Below, piece after piece: positions 8,931 through 19,504 of a stretch of DNA of 48,182 bases. Below the pieces are notes generated by a model. It ran no database searches. It was not told the origin of the DNA and saw nothing but the letters and a program-made list of their open reading frames with translations. The position numbers and the translations under genes are program-made. This stretch comes from Promethearchaeota archaeon (GTDB taxonomy: Archaea; Asgardarchaeota; Lokiarchaeia; Sigyniarchaeales; SOKP01). Positions within the stretch are counted from its first letter, which is position 1. Each line of letters starts with the position of its first letter. The stretch covers positions 1 to 48,182 of the forward strand of contig JBHLOI010000027.1 of the NCBI GenBank assembly GCA_048940645.1, read 5' to 3'.

Positions 8931-9614
8931 ATGAATGATTTTTTCTCAATATATGTTCATACACCGTGGGATAAACTTCAAAATAATAATTTAACCTTCG
9001 TTAAATTAATTTCTTTAAAAAGCATTTTCAAAACCTATCCTGTAATTGAACCAAGTTTTTTTGATGATCTTAGCTCAAATTTATCAAAACATAATCATTA
9101 TTCTTGGTACGAAAGCATTAAGAGAATAATTGGACCCAATAAGGAAGATTACGATATTAAAGATTGGAACTTCATATGGGCTATAGATAATGAAAGAAGA
9201 ATGTATCAATTCTTATTTCAAAAAATCACATCTGATAAAGACTCACAGCGAATTTTAGTTGCGCTAGCTCCTCCTGAGTTAGGAAAATTATTTGCTCAAT
9301 ATAAGCGTGACGCGATTTTACGCACCCTATCATTAATTAACAACCCTGAAAAAACTAAATTTTTAATAGTATTAACACCAAAAGGTAAATCAATTGCAGA
9401 AGAACATCAACTAATTAGAGTTAATAAACAAGATTTAGACCAATTAAAAATGATAAATATGTTAAAACAAATGCCTAACATCAAAGGGCAATGGTTTCCA
9501 TCTTTTGAACCTAGATGCCCAATATGCAACGAGGTTTTAACAACAATTAAAGATTATAAAGTAGGATTTGGTAAAATAGTATGTCCACATTGCGGTTACG
9601 AGAAAAGCAAGTAA
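8931..9614 (+). CDS. Hypothetical protein with C-terminal zinc ribbon
   Basis: 227-aa ORF ending in CPIC...CPHC. Confidence 0.7.
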   Translation: MNDFFSIYVHTPWDKLQNNNLTFVKLISLKSIFKTYPVIEPSFFDDLSSNLSKHNHYSWYESIKRIIGPNKEDYDIKDWNFIWAIDNERRMYQFLFQKITSDKDSQRILVALAPPELGKLFAQYKRDAILRTLSLINNPEKTKFLIVLTPKGKSIAEEHQLIRVNKQDLDQLKMINMLKQMPNIKGQWFPSFEPRCPICNEVLTTIKDYKVGFGKIVCPHCGYEKSK

Positions 9615-9708
9615 ATTATCTTATTTTTAATTAAAAATAATTTTTATTCAATAAAATAATATATATAACTTATAATTAACATTTAAAAAACTTGGAATAA
9701 AAAAGAAT

Positions 9709-11247
9709 ATGTTTGTTGCAGCTTTAGATTTAGGTACAACAGGTTGCCGAACTTTTATTTTTGATATAGCTGGTACAATTTTAGCTAGCGATTATCAAGA
9801 ATGGGAGAGTTTTTATCCATCTCCTTCATATGTTGAGCAAGATGCTAATGTATGGTGGGAATCACTAAAAAAAACAATTGAATTAGCCATTAAAAAGAGT
9901 GGAATTGATAAAAGCGAGATTGTAAGTCTTTCAGTTACAAATCAGAGAGAAACAATTGTACCTGTTGATAAAGATGGAACAACTCTTCATAACGCTCTAG
10001 TTTGGCAAGATAGAAGGACGTTAGATCAAGTAGAGTTTATTAAAACGAAAGTTGGAACTGAAAAAGTATATAAAACAACTGGATTAACCATAGATCCTTA
10101 TTTTTCCGCAACAAAAATTCTATGGTTCAAAGATAATAAACCTGATCTATATCAAAAAACCCACAAATTCTTACTAGTATCAGATTTTATCATTTTCAAA
10201 CTAACAGGTAAATTTTGTACTGATCATTCAAATGCTTCACGAACGATGTTATTTGATATTAATAAGTTAAAATATTCAGAAGATATAGCTTCCGAATTAG
10301 AGATTGACTTAGATAAAATGCCTGACGCCATTGAGAGTGGAGTTGATATAGGCGAAATCACAACTGAAGAGACATTATTCGATAAAAAAACATTAGTTAT
10401 AACTGGAGCAGGAGATCAACAATCTGCGGCACTTGGAGTGGGTGTAATATCACCTGGCAGAATTAAATTAACAACTGGCACTGGAAGTTTCATGCTTGCT
10501 TATTTAGAGAAACCAAATTATGATCCAAAAAAGAGGGTTTTATGTAGTTGTCATGCAATTCCAAAAACCTGGGTTCAGGAAGCAAGTATCTTTACAACAG
10601 GAGCATTTCTTAGATGGTTTAGAGACCAAATTGCTCAACAAGAATGTATGATTGCTGAAGAGCAAAATCAAGATCCATACGTTATTATTACTGAAGAAGC
10701 AGAAAAATCTCCCATTGGTGCAAATGGCTTAGTAGCAATCCCTCATTTAGTGGGTGCAGGAGCTCCTCATTGGGATCCTCTTGCGAGAGGGATCATTTTT
10801 GGACTTGCTTTAGGTCATAAAAGAAGAGATCTTTCCCGAGCTATTCTTGAGGGAGTAGCATATGAAGTTAAAAAGAACGTTGAAGTTTTTAGGGAATTGA
10901 AAATAGATCCAAAAGAATTAAGATTAACAGGAGGGGGTTCTCGCTCTGATCTTTGGAATCAGATATATGCTGATGTTTTAGGAATAACTTGCACAAGAAA
11001 TGTCATAGAAGAAGCTACATCTTTAGGAGCAGCGATTTTAGCAGCATCAGGAGCAGGTTTATTTCCAGATATTGCAAAAGCAGCTGAAAATATCTGCAAA
11101 GTAGATAAAAAATGGATTCCTGATACTCAACATCGTGAATTCTATGACAAAATATACAAATTTTCATATAATCTCTATGATTATTTAAAATCTAAAAATA
11201 TTTATCAAAAGTTAAATAAAATATTCCAACAGAAAGATAATATGTAA
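9709..11247 (+). CDS. FGGY-family carbohydrate kinase (xylulokinase/glycerol kinase-like)
   Basis: DLGTTGCR, TNQRET, WQDRR, GAGDQQ, TGTGSF, TGGGSRS. Confidence 0.92.
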   Translation: MFVAALDLGTTGCRTFIFDIAGTILASDYQEWESFYPSPSYVEQDANVWWESLKKTIELAIKKSGIDKSEIVSLSVTNQRETIVPVDKDGTTLHNALVWQDRRTLDQVEFIKTKVGTEKVYKTTGLTIDPYFSATKILWFKDNKPDLYQKTHKFLLVSDFIIFKLTGKFCTDHSNASRTMLFDINKLKYSEDIASELEIDLDKMPDAIESGVDIGEITTEETLFDKKTLVITGAGDQQSAALGVGVISPGRIKLTTGTGSFMLAYLEKPNYDPKKRVLCSCHAIPKTWVQEASIFTTGAFLRWFRDQIAQQECMIAEEQNQDPYVIITEEAEKSPIGANGLVAIPHLVGAGAPHWDPLARGIIFGLALGHKRRDLSRAILEGVAYEVKKNVEVFRELKIDPKELRLTGGGSRSDLWNQIYADVLGITCTRNVIEEATSLGAAILAASGAGLFPDIAKAAENICKVDKKWIPDTQHREFYDKIYKFSYNLYDYLKSKNIYQKLNKIFQQKDNM

Positions 11248-11342
11248 TTCTATTGTTTCTATACCTTTATTTTCTAAATATCCTCATAATAATCAATTTT
11301 ATATATTTTAATTATTATTCTTCTTTTAATTAAATAAAAAAT

Positions 11343-11948
11343 GTGAAAAAAATGGAAGAACCTCAATCTAGTCAAAATCAAGATTATGGTCAAAGTGAAA
11401 TGACTGTAGGGAAAATATTTTATGTAATAATCGTAGTTGCATGCTTGGTAGTCATAGGGGGGATTGTTTGGACGATTGCTGATTTTATTAATCCTCATGG
11501 AAAGTTAGATGCTTTTTTAGCACTTAGTTTAGGATACCAAATCGCTATTGTTGCAGGGTTTTTAGCAGGATTATTCTTTTTATTGGTTTTCTTCTTTGGC
11601 TTATTTAAAAAGGGAAGTAAATGGATTTTAAAAGTCTTTTTTAAAGTCAGAGAACTTGATGAAAAATTTAGGAATCGCACAACTGTAAAAATAGCAGCTG
11701 GTGGTTTATTAATAAGCATTATTGCTATAATAGTTGGAATTGTTTGGGCTTTAATCCAGGAAGTTTTAATTGGTTCTGAGGGTGGATTTGCTGGACTATT
11801 GAGTGAATTTTCATCAGGAAATTGGGTCTTATTTACTGGAGTTGCTCTACTTATTGCTTCATTTATCGGACTTTTTATGATCTATTTCTGGAAAAATGGT
11901 TACCGTTTAATACTAAAAATAATGGGATCCTTAGAGAAGGAGGACTAG
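11343..11948 (+). CDS. Four-TM membrane protein with internal duplication (start may be ATG 11352)
   Basis: Four hydrophobic segments arranged as two similar halves. Confidence 0.75.
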   Translation: MKKMEEPQSSQNQDYGQSEMTVGKIFYVIIVVACLVVIGGIVWTIADFINPHGKLDAFLALSLGYQIAIVAGFLAGLFFLLVFFFGLFKKGSKWILKVFFKVRELDEKFRNRTTVKIAAGGLLISIIAIIVGIVWALIQEVLIGSEGGFAGLLSEFSSGNWVLFTGVALLIASFIGLFMIYFWKNGYRLILKIMGSLEKED

Positions 11949-12055
11949 ATTAATAGTGTAATATTTCTTAATCTCAACTCTTTTTTCTTTAAATTAAATC
12001 AGAAAATTATAGCTCTTATTTTATTTTAATTAATTTTATTTCTTATGTATAATCA

Positions 12056-13567
12056 ATGTCCGTTAGAGTTGGTATTGTTTTCAACTTTCTTCAATTACCA
12101 GATGTTTCGAAATACCCTTTTGTTATTAATAAGAGAAGCGATGGAGTCCTTGTAAAGAAAGGTCTTTTCGTTTATACAGAGTCAGTTGAAGGCTTTTTAA
12201 TAGGAATTGTCGAAAAAATTGTGTTATTAAATGAATATTTTTCAGATGCCCTTACAATTAAAGCATATAATAGTGAAAACAATCCCAACATTTTAAAAGG
12301 CTTGTTTCCAAGCGATGATTTTGAGTATGCGATTGCGATTGTAAAAAATTTGGGAATTATCGAATTTAATGATGAAAAAACAAATAAAATTGCAAAAATT
12401 AAACGCATGACTTATCCGGCTAGCCCAGGCAAAGAAATCTATCTAGTTGAAGAAGATATCCTTAAAAACTTTATTGGATTAGACTCAAAATTAGGTTTAA
12501 ATTTAGGCAAAATAAAAGGTTCGGAAATTAAAGCAAAAATTAGTATGGATCGCTTGTTTAATAAACACTTTGCTATTCTTTCAATATCTGGAGGAGGAAA
12601 AAGTTATCTCACGTCAATTATAATTGAAGAATTATTAAATAGAGATAAAAACCTTGGAACCCCTGCAGTTATCTTAATTGATGTTCATGGAGAATATTCT
12701 TATTTAAAATCAATATCAAACTTTAAAGATAAAGTTAAATTATTCGATACTTCTTTTTTTCAAATTTCAGTCCCCAACTTGAATGCATATACTTTTAGGA
12801 AATATCAAGAAAAAATTTCACATGTTCAAGTAAGGGAACTTTCCAATTATATAAGGCAATTAAAGAAGAATAAAAAGAATTATAATCTAAATGATATAAT
12901 AAAATTAATAGAAAAAGAACAAGATGGAAATAAAAGCACTAAACAAGCATTAATTGGTTGGCTTAGTGAATTAGAGCGTTTAACCCTTTTTGGACCCCAA
13001 GAAAATCCTAATATAAATTCAATTATAAACCCAGCAGAATTAACTATTTTTAATCTCCAAAAAGAAGTTTCTATTAGGAAAAAACAGATCATAGTTGATT
13101 ATATTTGTAATCGTTTATTTTTCCTTCGAAGAATGGAACAAATCCCTCCTTTTTTGCTAATAATCGAGGAGGCACATCAATTCTGTCCTGAAGCAGCACT
13201 TTCAAAAGCTTTAACAAAACACATTATCGAAACGATTGCTAGAGAAGGAAGAAAATTCATGGCTTGTTTATGTTTAATTAGTCAAAGGCCCAAAAGATTA
13301 AGCACAACCGCTCTTTCTCAATCAAACTCAAAAATGATTTTAAACATAAAGAACCCCTATGATTTAAAACACTTAATGGATAGTTCCGAGGTAATAACAA
13401 AAGAATATGCTAATATGATTTCAAGTTTAGGCGTAGGAGAAATGCTTTTAATGGGAAATGTTGTAAATTATCCAGTCTTTATTGATGTTAGGGGACGAAA
13501 ATTTAAATCAAATTCAGAAGAAAGTACATTATCACAGACTTGTTTGAATTGGAAAGCAATTGATTAA
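12056..13567 (+). CDS. HerA/FtsK-family ATPase (N-terminal HAS-barrel-like + DUF87)
   Basis: KHFAILSISGGGKS Walker A, DVHGEY, IIEEAHQF Walker B, IAREGRKF, ISQRP. Confidence 0.9.
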   Translation: MSVRVGIVFNFLQLPDVSKYPFVINKRSDGVLVKKGLFVYTESVEGFLIGIVEKIVLLNEYFSDALTIKAYNSENNPNILKGLFPSDDFEYAIAIVKNLGIIEFNDEKTNKIAKIKRMTYPASPGKEIYLVEEDILKNFIGLDSKLGLNLGKIKGSEIKAKISMDRLFNKHFAILSISGGGKSYLTSIIIEELLNRDKNLGTPAVILIDVHGEYSYLKSISNFKDKVKLFDTSFFQISVPNLNAYTFRKYQEKISHVQVRELSNYIRQLKKNKKNYNLNDIIKLIEKEQDGNKSTKQALIGWLSELERLTLFGPQENPNINSIINPAELTIFNLQKEVSIRKKQIIVDYICNRLFFLRRMEQIPPFLLIIEEAHQFCPEAALSKALTKHIIETIAREGRKFMACLCLISQRPKRLSTTALSQSNSKMILNIKNPYDLKHLMDSSEVITKEYANMISSLGVGEMLLMGNVVNYPVFIDVRGRKFKSNSEESTLSQTCLNWKAID

Positions 13568-13836
13568 GTTAAGTCTTCTATGAGTTCCTCTCTTACTTCT
13601 TTATTACGTTTGTTAAACACTATCATCTTTTTATTTTTTGAGACACGAAATACATTGATAATGGCCATGCTCTCCAACTTCATTAGAATTTCTTCTAGCA
13701 ATAGTGAATTAATGAATGGAAATTCTTTTTTTAATAGCTCCTCCAATCTTTTATTTAAAATTTCTCCTTTATTTTTTATCAAAATATCCAAAATAGAATT
13801 TACTATAGGTTTTTGGTTCCAACGATGGGATTCGAT
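13564..13836 (-). CDS. Small winged-helix-like protein downstream of cdc48 (extended to probable ATC start at 13836)
   Basis: ORF-track frame is open up to 13842; AGGTGA SD at 13848-13843 lies 6 nt before ATC; three helices plus beta-hairpin pattern (LMKLESMAIINV). Confidence 0.6.
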   Translation of the reverse strand: MESHRWNQKPIVNSILDILIKNKGEILNKRLEELLKKEFPFINSLLLEEILMKLESMAIINVFRVSKNKKMIVFNKRNKEVREELIEDLT

Positions 13837-13914
13837 AATTAATCACCTTATTTTAAAATTAAGAATTTAATAGTTAAGTCAATAAATAATATTTTATAAT
13901 TTAAATTTATGAAA

Positions 13915-16149
13915 CTATACAAATAATCGATCTTCTTTTGATTGTTCGATAATTCTGCTCTTTAAACGTTCACCAAATTTTTCATACCAAGTTATAATAT
14001 CTGGGGTTATACTTGGAAAAACTAATTCCCTTGCTTTTTCAAAATGTTCAGGTGCTACTTTTTTAGCTCTAATATTCTCCCTCAATGCAATCATGGCAGC
14101 TTCGCGACATAATGTTTCAATATCTGCTCCAGAAAATCCTTTAAGTTGTTTATTAATAACCTTTAAGTCAAAATCATTTGTGATAGGCATATCTTCTGTG
14201 AAAATTTTTAGTATTTCAATTCTTTCCTCTTCTTCAGGAGCAGGTACCAGAAGAATGCGATCGATTCTTCCAGGTCTAATTAAAGCGGGATCTAAAATAT
14301 CCGGACGATTAGTAGCAGCGATCACTACGATATCTTTATTAATTTCTAATCCATCTAATTCTGTTAGAAATTGAGATAAAACTTTTTCGGATACTCCTGA
14401 ATCAGAAGTATATCTACCCCTAGAAGGAGCAATAGAATCGAATTCATCAAAGAATATTATACAAGGTGCTGACATTCGGGCTTTCCTAAAAACCTCTCGA
14501 ATTGCCTTTTCGCTTTCTCCAACATACTTAGATAATAATTCTGGTCCTTTAATTGATATAAAATTTGCTTTACTTTCATTAGCAACTGCTCTCGCCAATA
14601 AAGTTTTACCACATCCAGGTGGACCATATAATAAAATACCTTTTGGAGGAGTTATGCCCATCCGTGAAAAAATCTTAGGATGAGATAATGGCCAATCCAC
14701 AGCTTCAATTAATTTCTGTTTTAAGTCATCAAGTCCACCTATTTCTTCCCAGGAAACATTAGGCACTTCAACAAAAACTTCTCTTATTCCTGAAGGCATA
14801 ACTTCTTTCAAAGCTTCATCAAAATCATCTTTATTTACAACAATCTTCTCTAAAAGTTCAGGATCTATTATTTCAGACTCTAAATCTATCTCTGGTAAAT
14901 ATCTCCTTAAAGCAGACATAGCTGCTTCACGGCAGACAGCGGAAATATCAGCTCCGACAAACCCATGAGTAATATTAGAATACTCCTTTAGTGAAATTTT
15001 TTTATCTAAGGGCATATTTCGTGTATGAATCTGAAAGACTTCTCGACGCCCCTTCTCATTAGGAACTTTTATTTCTATTTCACGATCAAATCTCCCAGGA
15101 CGCCTTAAAGCTTCATCTAAGCTATTTGGTCTGTTGGTTGCTCCAATTACGATAACTCTTCCTCTGCTATGTAATCCATCCATCAAGGCGAGCAATTGGG
15201 CTACAACTCTTCTTTCTACTTCTCCAGTGACTGTTTCTCTCTTTGGGGCGATTGCATCAATTTCATCAATAAAAATAATAGAAGGATTCTTTTCTTCAGC
15301 TTCTTCGAATATCTTTCTCAATTTTTTTTCAGATTCCCCATAGAATTTACTCATTATTTCAGGACCGTTTATAGATATAAAATGAGCTTCACTTTCATTA
15401 GCAACAGCTCTTGCTAACAAAGTCTTACCGCATCCTGGAGGTCCTCTTAATAATACACCCTTTGGAGGGTCTATTCCTAGGCGTTTAAATAATGAAGGAT
15501 GTCTTAATGGTAATTCAACCATTTCCCTAACTCTTTGTATTTCTCTATCTAGACCTCCTACATCTTCATAAGTGACATATTCAGCACCCCTTTCTTCCTC
15601 TTCAGTTATATGTTCGCTAATATGAAGTTGTGTTTCGGGTTTAATAGTGCATACTCCATTAGGTTTCATACTTATTACTTTAAATGTAATCTCTCTGCTA
15701 ATTCCTATAGAAATGTAAATATAATCATCTAGAGTTACAGGATAATTATTTAGTTTTCTTTTAACAAATGTTTCAAAACGAGGATTTGCTCTGATTTTTA
15801 CACTTGATGGTGCCAAAACGATGTTTTGAGCGGCTAAAGCCTTTACTTTTCGAATCTCAATATTATCATCAATAGAGGTACCTGTATTTTTCCTTAACCT
15901 AGAGTCTATTCGAATTATTCCTAATCCATTATCTTGAGGATAACTTGGCCATGCAATGCCAGCACTTTCTCTTTTTCCAAAAAGCGCAATAACATCCCCT
16001 GTCTGAATATTTAAATGTTCCATTGTTTTAGGATCTATCCGAATGATATTACGCCCAATATCTCTCTTTTTAGCTTTTTGAACGCGTAATATGATTCTTT
16101 TTTGTTCATTTAAATCTTTTGGATTATTAGAATTATCTTTTGTATCCAT
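13915..16149 (-). CDS. cdc48: CDC48/VCP AAA+ ATPase
   Basis: N domain plus two AAA modules ([11 protein letters not shown] twice, [28 protein letters not shown]). Confidence 0.97.
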   Translation of the reverse strand: MDTKDNSNNPKDLNEQKRIILRVQKAKKRDIGRNIIRIDPKTMEHLNIQTGDVIALFGKRESAGIAWPSYPQDNGLGIIRIDSRLRKNTGTSIDDNIEIRKVKALAAQNIVLAPSSVKIRANPRFETFVKRKLNNYPVTLDDYIYISIGISREITFKVISMKPNGVCTIKPETQLHISEHITEEEERGAEYVTYEDVGGLDREIQRVREMVELPLRHPSLFKRLGIDPPKGVLLRGPPGCGKTLLARAVANESEAHFISINGPEIMSKFYGESEKKLRKIFEEAEEKNPSIIFIDEIDAIAPKRETVTGEVERRVVAQLLALMDGLHSRGRVIVIGATNRPNSLDEALRRPGRFDREIEIKVPNEKGRREVFQIHTRNMPLDKKISLKEYSNITHGFVGADISAVCREAAMSALRRYLPEIDLESEIIDPELLEKIVVNKDDFDEALKEVMPSGIREVFVEVPNVSWEEIGGLDDLKQKLIEAVDWPLSHPKIFSRMGITPPKGILLYGPPGCGKTLLARAVANESKANFISIKGPELLSKYVGESEKAIREVFRKARMSAPCIIFFDEFDSIAPSRGRYTSDSGVSEKVLSQFLTELDGLEINKDIVVIAATNRPDILDPALIRPGRIDRILLVPAPEEEERIEILKIFTEDMPITNDFDLKVINKQLKGFSGADIETLCREAAMIALRENIRAKKVAPEHFEKARELVFPSITPDIITWYEKFGERLKSRIIEQSKEDRLFV

Positions 16150-16236
16150 ATCCGATCGATCTTAACAATTAGTTTTATTTAATTATATAAAATAATAATT
16201 TTGTAAAAATTTTTTGTTTTCGAAAAAATTTGGCAT

Positions 16237-17292
16237 TTAAGATTTTTTTAAATAACTATCTAAAGTAACTTGTCTTTTTGAAAGCTCTTGTTTTTTCAAA
16301 CGTTCAAGAGCATTATCTACTCTTTGAGTTGAGAAATTATGTTTCTCAATTAATAATTCTCGAATCTTTTCATAGTCTATTTTTTTCCATACTAATTTTG
16401 GATACTCTTTTTTTATGTCTGGATTTAGAAATATTTGTTTTATTCGATCAATAACTTCTAGATCTATGTTGATTTCTTTCCCCCTCACCTTTATATTACT
16501 TCTTAATATATTTTCTAAGGATCCATATTCTTTAATTAAATCCAGTGCAGTACGTTGACCGATTCCTTTAACTCCAGGAAAAAAATCAGTTCCTATTAAA
16601 ATACCCATTTCTACTAATTGTTCTCTTGTAATTTTTAAATTTTTTAAGAATTTTTCTAATGAAATATATTCGATATCTAAGGTTTTTGAAGTATCTCTAA
16701 CCTTTACAGTTCTACTCACAGCAAAATTTCTAATTAAACGTTCTCCTCCAAACAACAATGTATCATAATCCTGAGAAGCACATGCCCATGCATCTCCTAG
16801 TTGTACTAAATATGCTGATTGAGCTTCTCCTTCAGAACTTGCATTTATAATAGGAATTCCAAAATAATTTACAAGTTTTTTACTTTCTTCAATCATATTT
16901 TCATCTAATTTTGATGTTAATTGTGCATACTTCTTTGCTTCTCTAAAATCCTCAGCTTCTCTAGCTTTAATCATTTTTTCCTTATATTCTTCTTTAATTT
17001 TTCTTCTCTCTTCTATTGTATCCAGTTTTAAATCTGAAGGAGTGCCATCAAAGACGAAAATTGGTCTTATATTATGCTCCAAAAAATTAATAGTTCTATA
17101 AAATAATCCAGAAAGATGAGAAGTCACATTTCCCTCATCATCCATCAATAAAGTACCATCTCTTTGGCGAATTATTGCTAGAAATTGATAAATTGTGTTG
17201 AATGCATCGATAGCTATACGTTTATTAAAGAGGTTTTCAAATGTGATTGTTTTCTTAACTTCATTTACAAGTTCGTTTATTTTAATACCCAT
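16237..17292 (-). CDS. fen: Flap endonuclease 1
   Basis: MGI start, IDAFNTIYQFL, SEGEAQ, SQDYD, GTDF, C-terminal PIP box QVTLDSYL. Confidence 0.97.
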   Translation of the reverse strand: MGIKINELVNEVKKTITFENLFNKRIAIDAFNTIYQFLAIIRQRDGTLLMDDEGNVTSHLSGLFYRTINFLEHNIRPIFVFDGTPSDLKLDTIEERRKIKEEYKEKMIKAREAEDFREAKKYAQLTSKLDENMIEESKKLVNYFGIPIINASSEGEAQSAYLVQLGDAWACASQDYDTLLFGGERLIRNFAVSRTVKVRDTSKTLDIEYISLEKFLKNLKITREQLVEMGILIGTDFFPGVKGIGQRTALDLIKEYGSLENILRSNIKVRGKEINIDLEVIDRIKQIFLNPDIKKEYPKLVWKKIDYEKIRELLIEKHNFSTQRVDNALERLKKQELSKRQVTLDSYLKKS

Positions 17293-17358
17293 TTTTCATC
17301 TTTTTTATTACATGACATTTATCATGTAATATTATTAATTTTTCATATATATTTTACA

Positions 17359-17916
17359 CTAAATATTAAGAATTTTTCTGGGTCGTCGCTTTAATTTTGT
17401 ACCACAAACTTCACATTCCTTATACAAATTTTCAGTTTGATAAATCTTTTTACAATGAGGACAATAAACTTCAAAAATAATCTGCTTTCGAATTCCTTTT
17501 TTATATAAAGGGGAAAATTTTAAATTAAGTTCGGAACATAAATTTTCCATTGAATAATCATTAGTGTATAAAATTACATCTTGGTTTTGAGAAATTGAAA
17601 GTTCCAAAGTTAAGGCTATTAATTCTTTATCAGCTATTGATAATGCTTTATAGTCTCCTGTTACTTTGGATTTTTCCTCTACTAATTGAAGTGATTTAAT
17701 ACTCGGTTCTTCTACAATCAACTTCTTACTTTCAATAGCAACCTGAATTCTATTTAAAATATTCCTGTTTTTGTTACGATATTTATTGACCTCAATTTCC
17801 TCAATTATTTTAGGTGTAGTATAAATCTTTTCTTTAAAAATATTGAAATCTATACCTTTAAAAAAAATATTAGAATCAATAACTAGAATTGAATTCTTCT
17901 TCAGGACTGTCATCAA
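17359..17916 (-). CDS. nob1: NOB1-like PIN endonuclease with zinc ribbon (rRNA maturation)
   Basis: VIDSN, YTTPKIIEEI, GDYKALSIAD, TNDYSMEN, CPHC...CEVCG. Confidence 0.88.
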   Translation of the reverse strand: MMTVLKKNSILVIDSNIFFKGIDFNIFKEKIYTTPKIIEEIEVNKYRNKNRNILNRIQVAIESKKLIVEEPSIKSLQLVEEKSKVTGDYKALSIADKELIALTLELSISQNQDVILYTNDYSMENLCSELNLKFSPLYKKGIRKQIIFEVYCPHCKKIYQTENLYKECEVCGTKLKRRPRKILNI

Positions 17917-18802
17917 GGGGAACCCTTAAAGTACCTATAATTTTTTTTCTTAAACGTTTAATATAATTTTCACTTAAATTTTTTGAAAGGCGTATAAATT
18001 TTATATGAGAATTCGCCTTACGAATTTTAATAACTGTTTTTGGCTGGATTTTTTTGAAAGTACGTTGACCATCTATTACAATTTTTGCATTTAATCGAGG
18101 TCTTAATAATTGTATCTCAACCTCACTAGTCATAGGTAAAACTATAGGTTTTAATCCAGATCTAGCGAAGCTATTTAGTGGAGTTATTTGCATAATTTCT
18201 AATGGAGATTTTACTATTGCTCCCCCAGCACTAAGATTATATGCGGTGGATCCTACTGATGTAGATATTATTACTCCATCTAAATAGCTCCGGTTTAAAA
18301 ACACTCCATCGATTTTTACAGATATTTGTAGAACTTTTGAGCTTTTTGATGAGACAATTAATATTTCATTCAAGGCATTATTTAGTTTGATTTCCTCAGA
18401 ATTTTTAATTAAGTATGGGGTTATTTTGGAACATTTTTCAATTATATACTCATTATTTAAAATTTTAATAAGATCATTAAAAACCGTTCTCTCATTTGAT
18501 TCATCTAAAAAACCAATCGATCCTATATTTACTCCTAATATTGGAGGAGCATTAAGCTGCGGTAAACTACTCGCTACTCTTAGAATTGTGCCATCTCCAC
18601 CACAAGATACAATGAATTTTGTATTTACCTCAGTCATTTCACTTAAATCTTTCCCACTATGTGGAAAAATTTTTGGAGCAATTCTTGTCTCTAATTGGAC
18701 AACTTCTCCTTTTTTAACAAGGTATTCAAATATCCTCTTAGTTAATTTAATGGCTCTTTCTGAATCCATTCTGCATGCTAAAGATACTGCCTTTTTCTCC
18801 AT
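17876..18802 (-). CDS. nadK: NAD+ kinase
   Basis: GGDGTIL, GFL, LNE, DGVIISTSVGSTAYNLSAGG. Confidence 0.95.
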   Translation of the reverse strand: MEKKAVSLACRMDSERAIKLTKRIFEYLVKKGEVVQLETRIAPKIFPHSGKDLSEMTEVNTKFIVSCGGDGTILRVASSLPQLNAPPILGVNIGSIGFLDESNERTVFNDLIKILNNEYIIEKCSKITPYLIKNSEEIKLNNALNEILIVSSKSSKVLQISVKIDGVFLNRSYLDGVIISTSVGSTAYNLSAGGAIVKSPLEIMQITPLNSFARSGLKPIVLPMTSEVEIQLLRPRLNAKIVIDGQRTFKKIQPKTVIKIRKANSHIKFIRLSKNLSENYIKRLRKKIIGTLRVPLDDSPEEEFNSSY

Positions 18803-18915
18803 TAGTCTCAGTTTTTTAATTATGTTTTTTATAAGACACTGTAATTCTAAAAAAAAATAATAAATTAAATAAAAATAAAATTATTGATTTTTTCTAAAAC
18901 AAAATAAATAAGGAC

Positions 18916-19344
18916 TTAACCAACAATAACTCTGTTTATTAAAGTTTTCCCAGCAATCTGCCAGTATTCAACTTGAGCTGATGATAATTTGGCGGGATTT
19001 TTTTGTAAATCTTTTAATTTAGAAACTAATTCCTCTTCTAAAGGCCAAAGAACATCAAGTGATTCATAAGATTCAAGATCCATAATGTTCATTGACGTAT
19101 CTTCTATAAAGTTAATTTGAGCATTACCCTTAATTATCTCTGGAACCTCAACCATATGCCCTGAAGGAATAGTTAAAGACCTCTTATTATTATCAAACAT
19201 TCCTATGCATACAACTCTAACTTTGGCATGACCGTGTTTTCCACTTTTAGATCTTTCCGTACTCTTGATTTGACATGGTTCTTCCTCAACCATGATGTAT
19301 TGTCCAGCTTTTAACTTTTGTATTTCAGTCCTTCTTATACTCAT
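18916..19344 (-). CDS. eif5a: Translation factor aIF5A/eIF5A
   Basis: Hypusine loop SKSGKHGHAK. Confidence 0.96.
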   Translation of the reverse strand: MSIRRTEIQKLKAGQYIMVEEEPCQIKSTERSKSGKHGHAKVRVVCIGMFDNNKRSLTIPSGHMVEVPEIIKGNAQINFIEDTSMNIMDLESYESLDVLWPLEEELVSKLKDLQKNPAKLSSAQVEYWQIAGKTLINRVIVG

Positions 19345-19504
19345 TATTTCTTAACTCCTCATATATATAAATTTGATAAAAATCTTATACGAATATTTTT
19401 AATTTTCACATTTCTATTTTATATATTATTATTTTTAGTCAAAAAAAAATATTAGTTTTTAAAGATATTAATTATTAGCATATAAAATTACAAATGATAA
19501 AACA

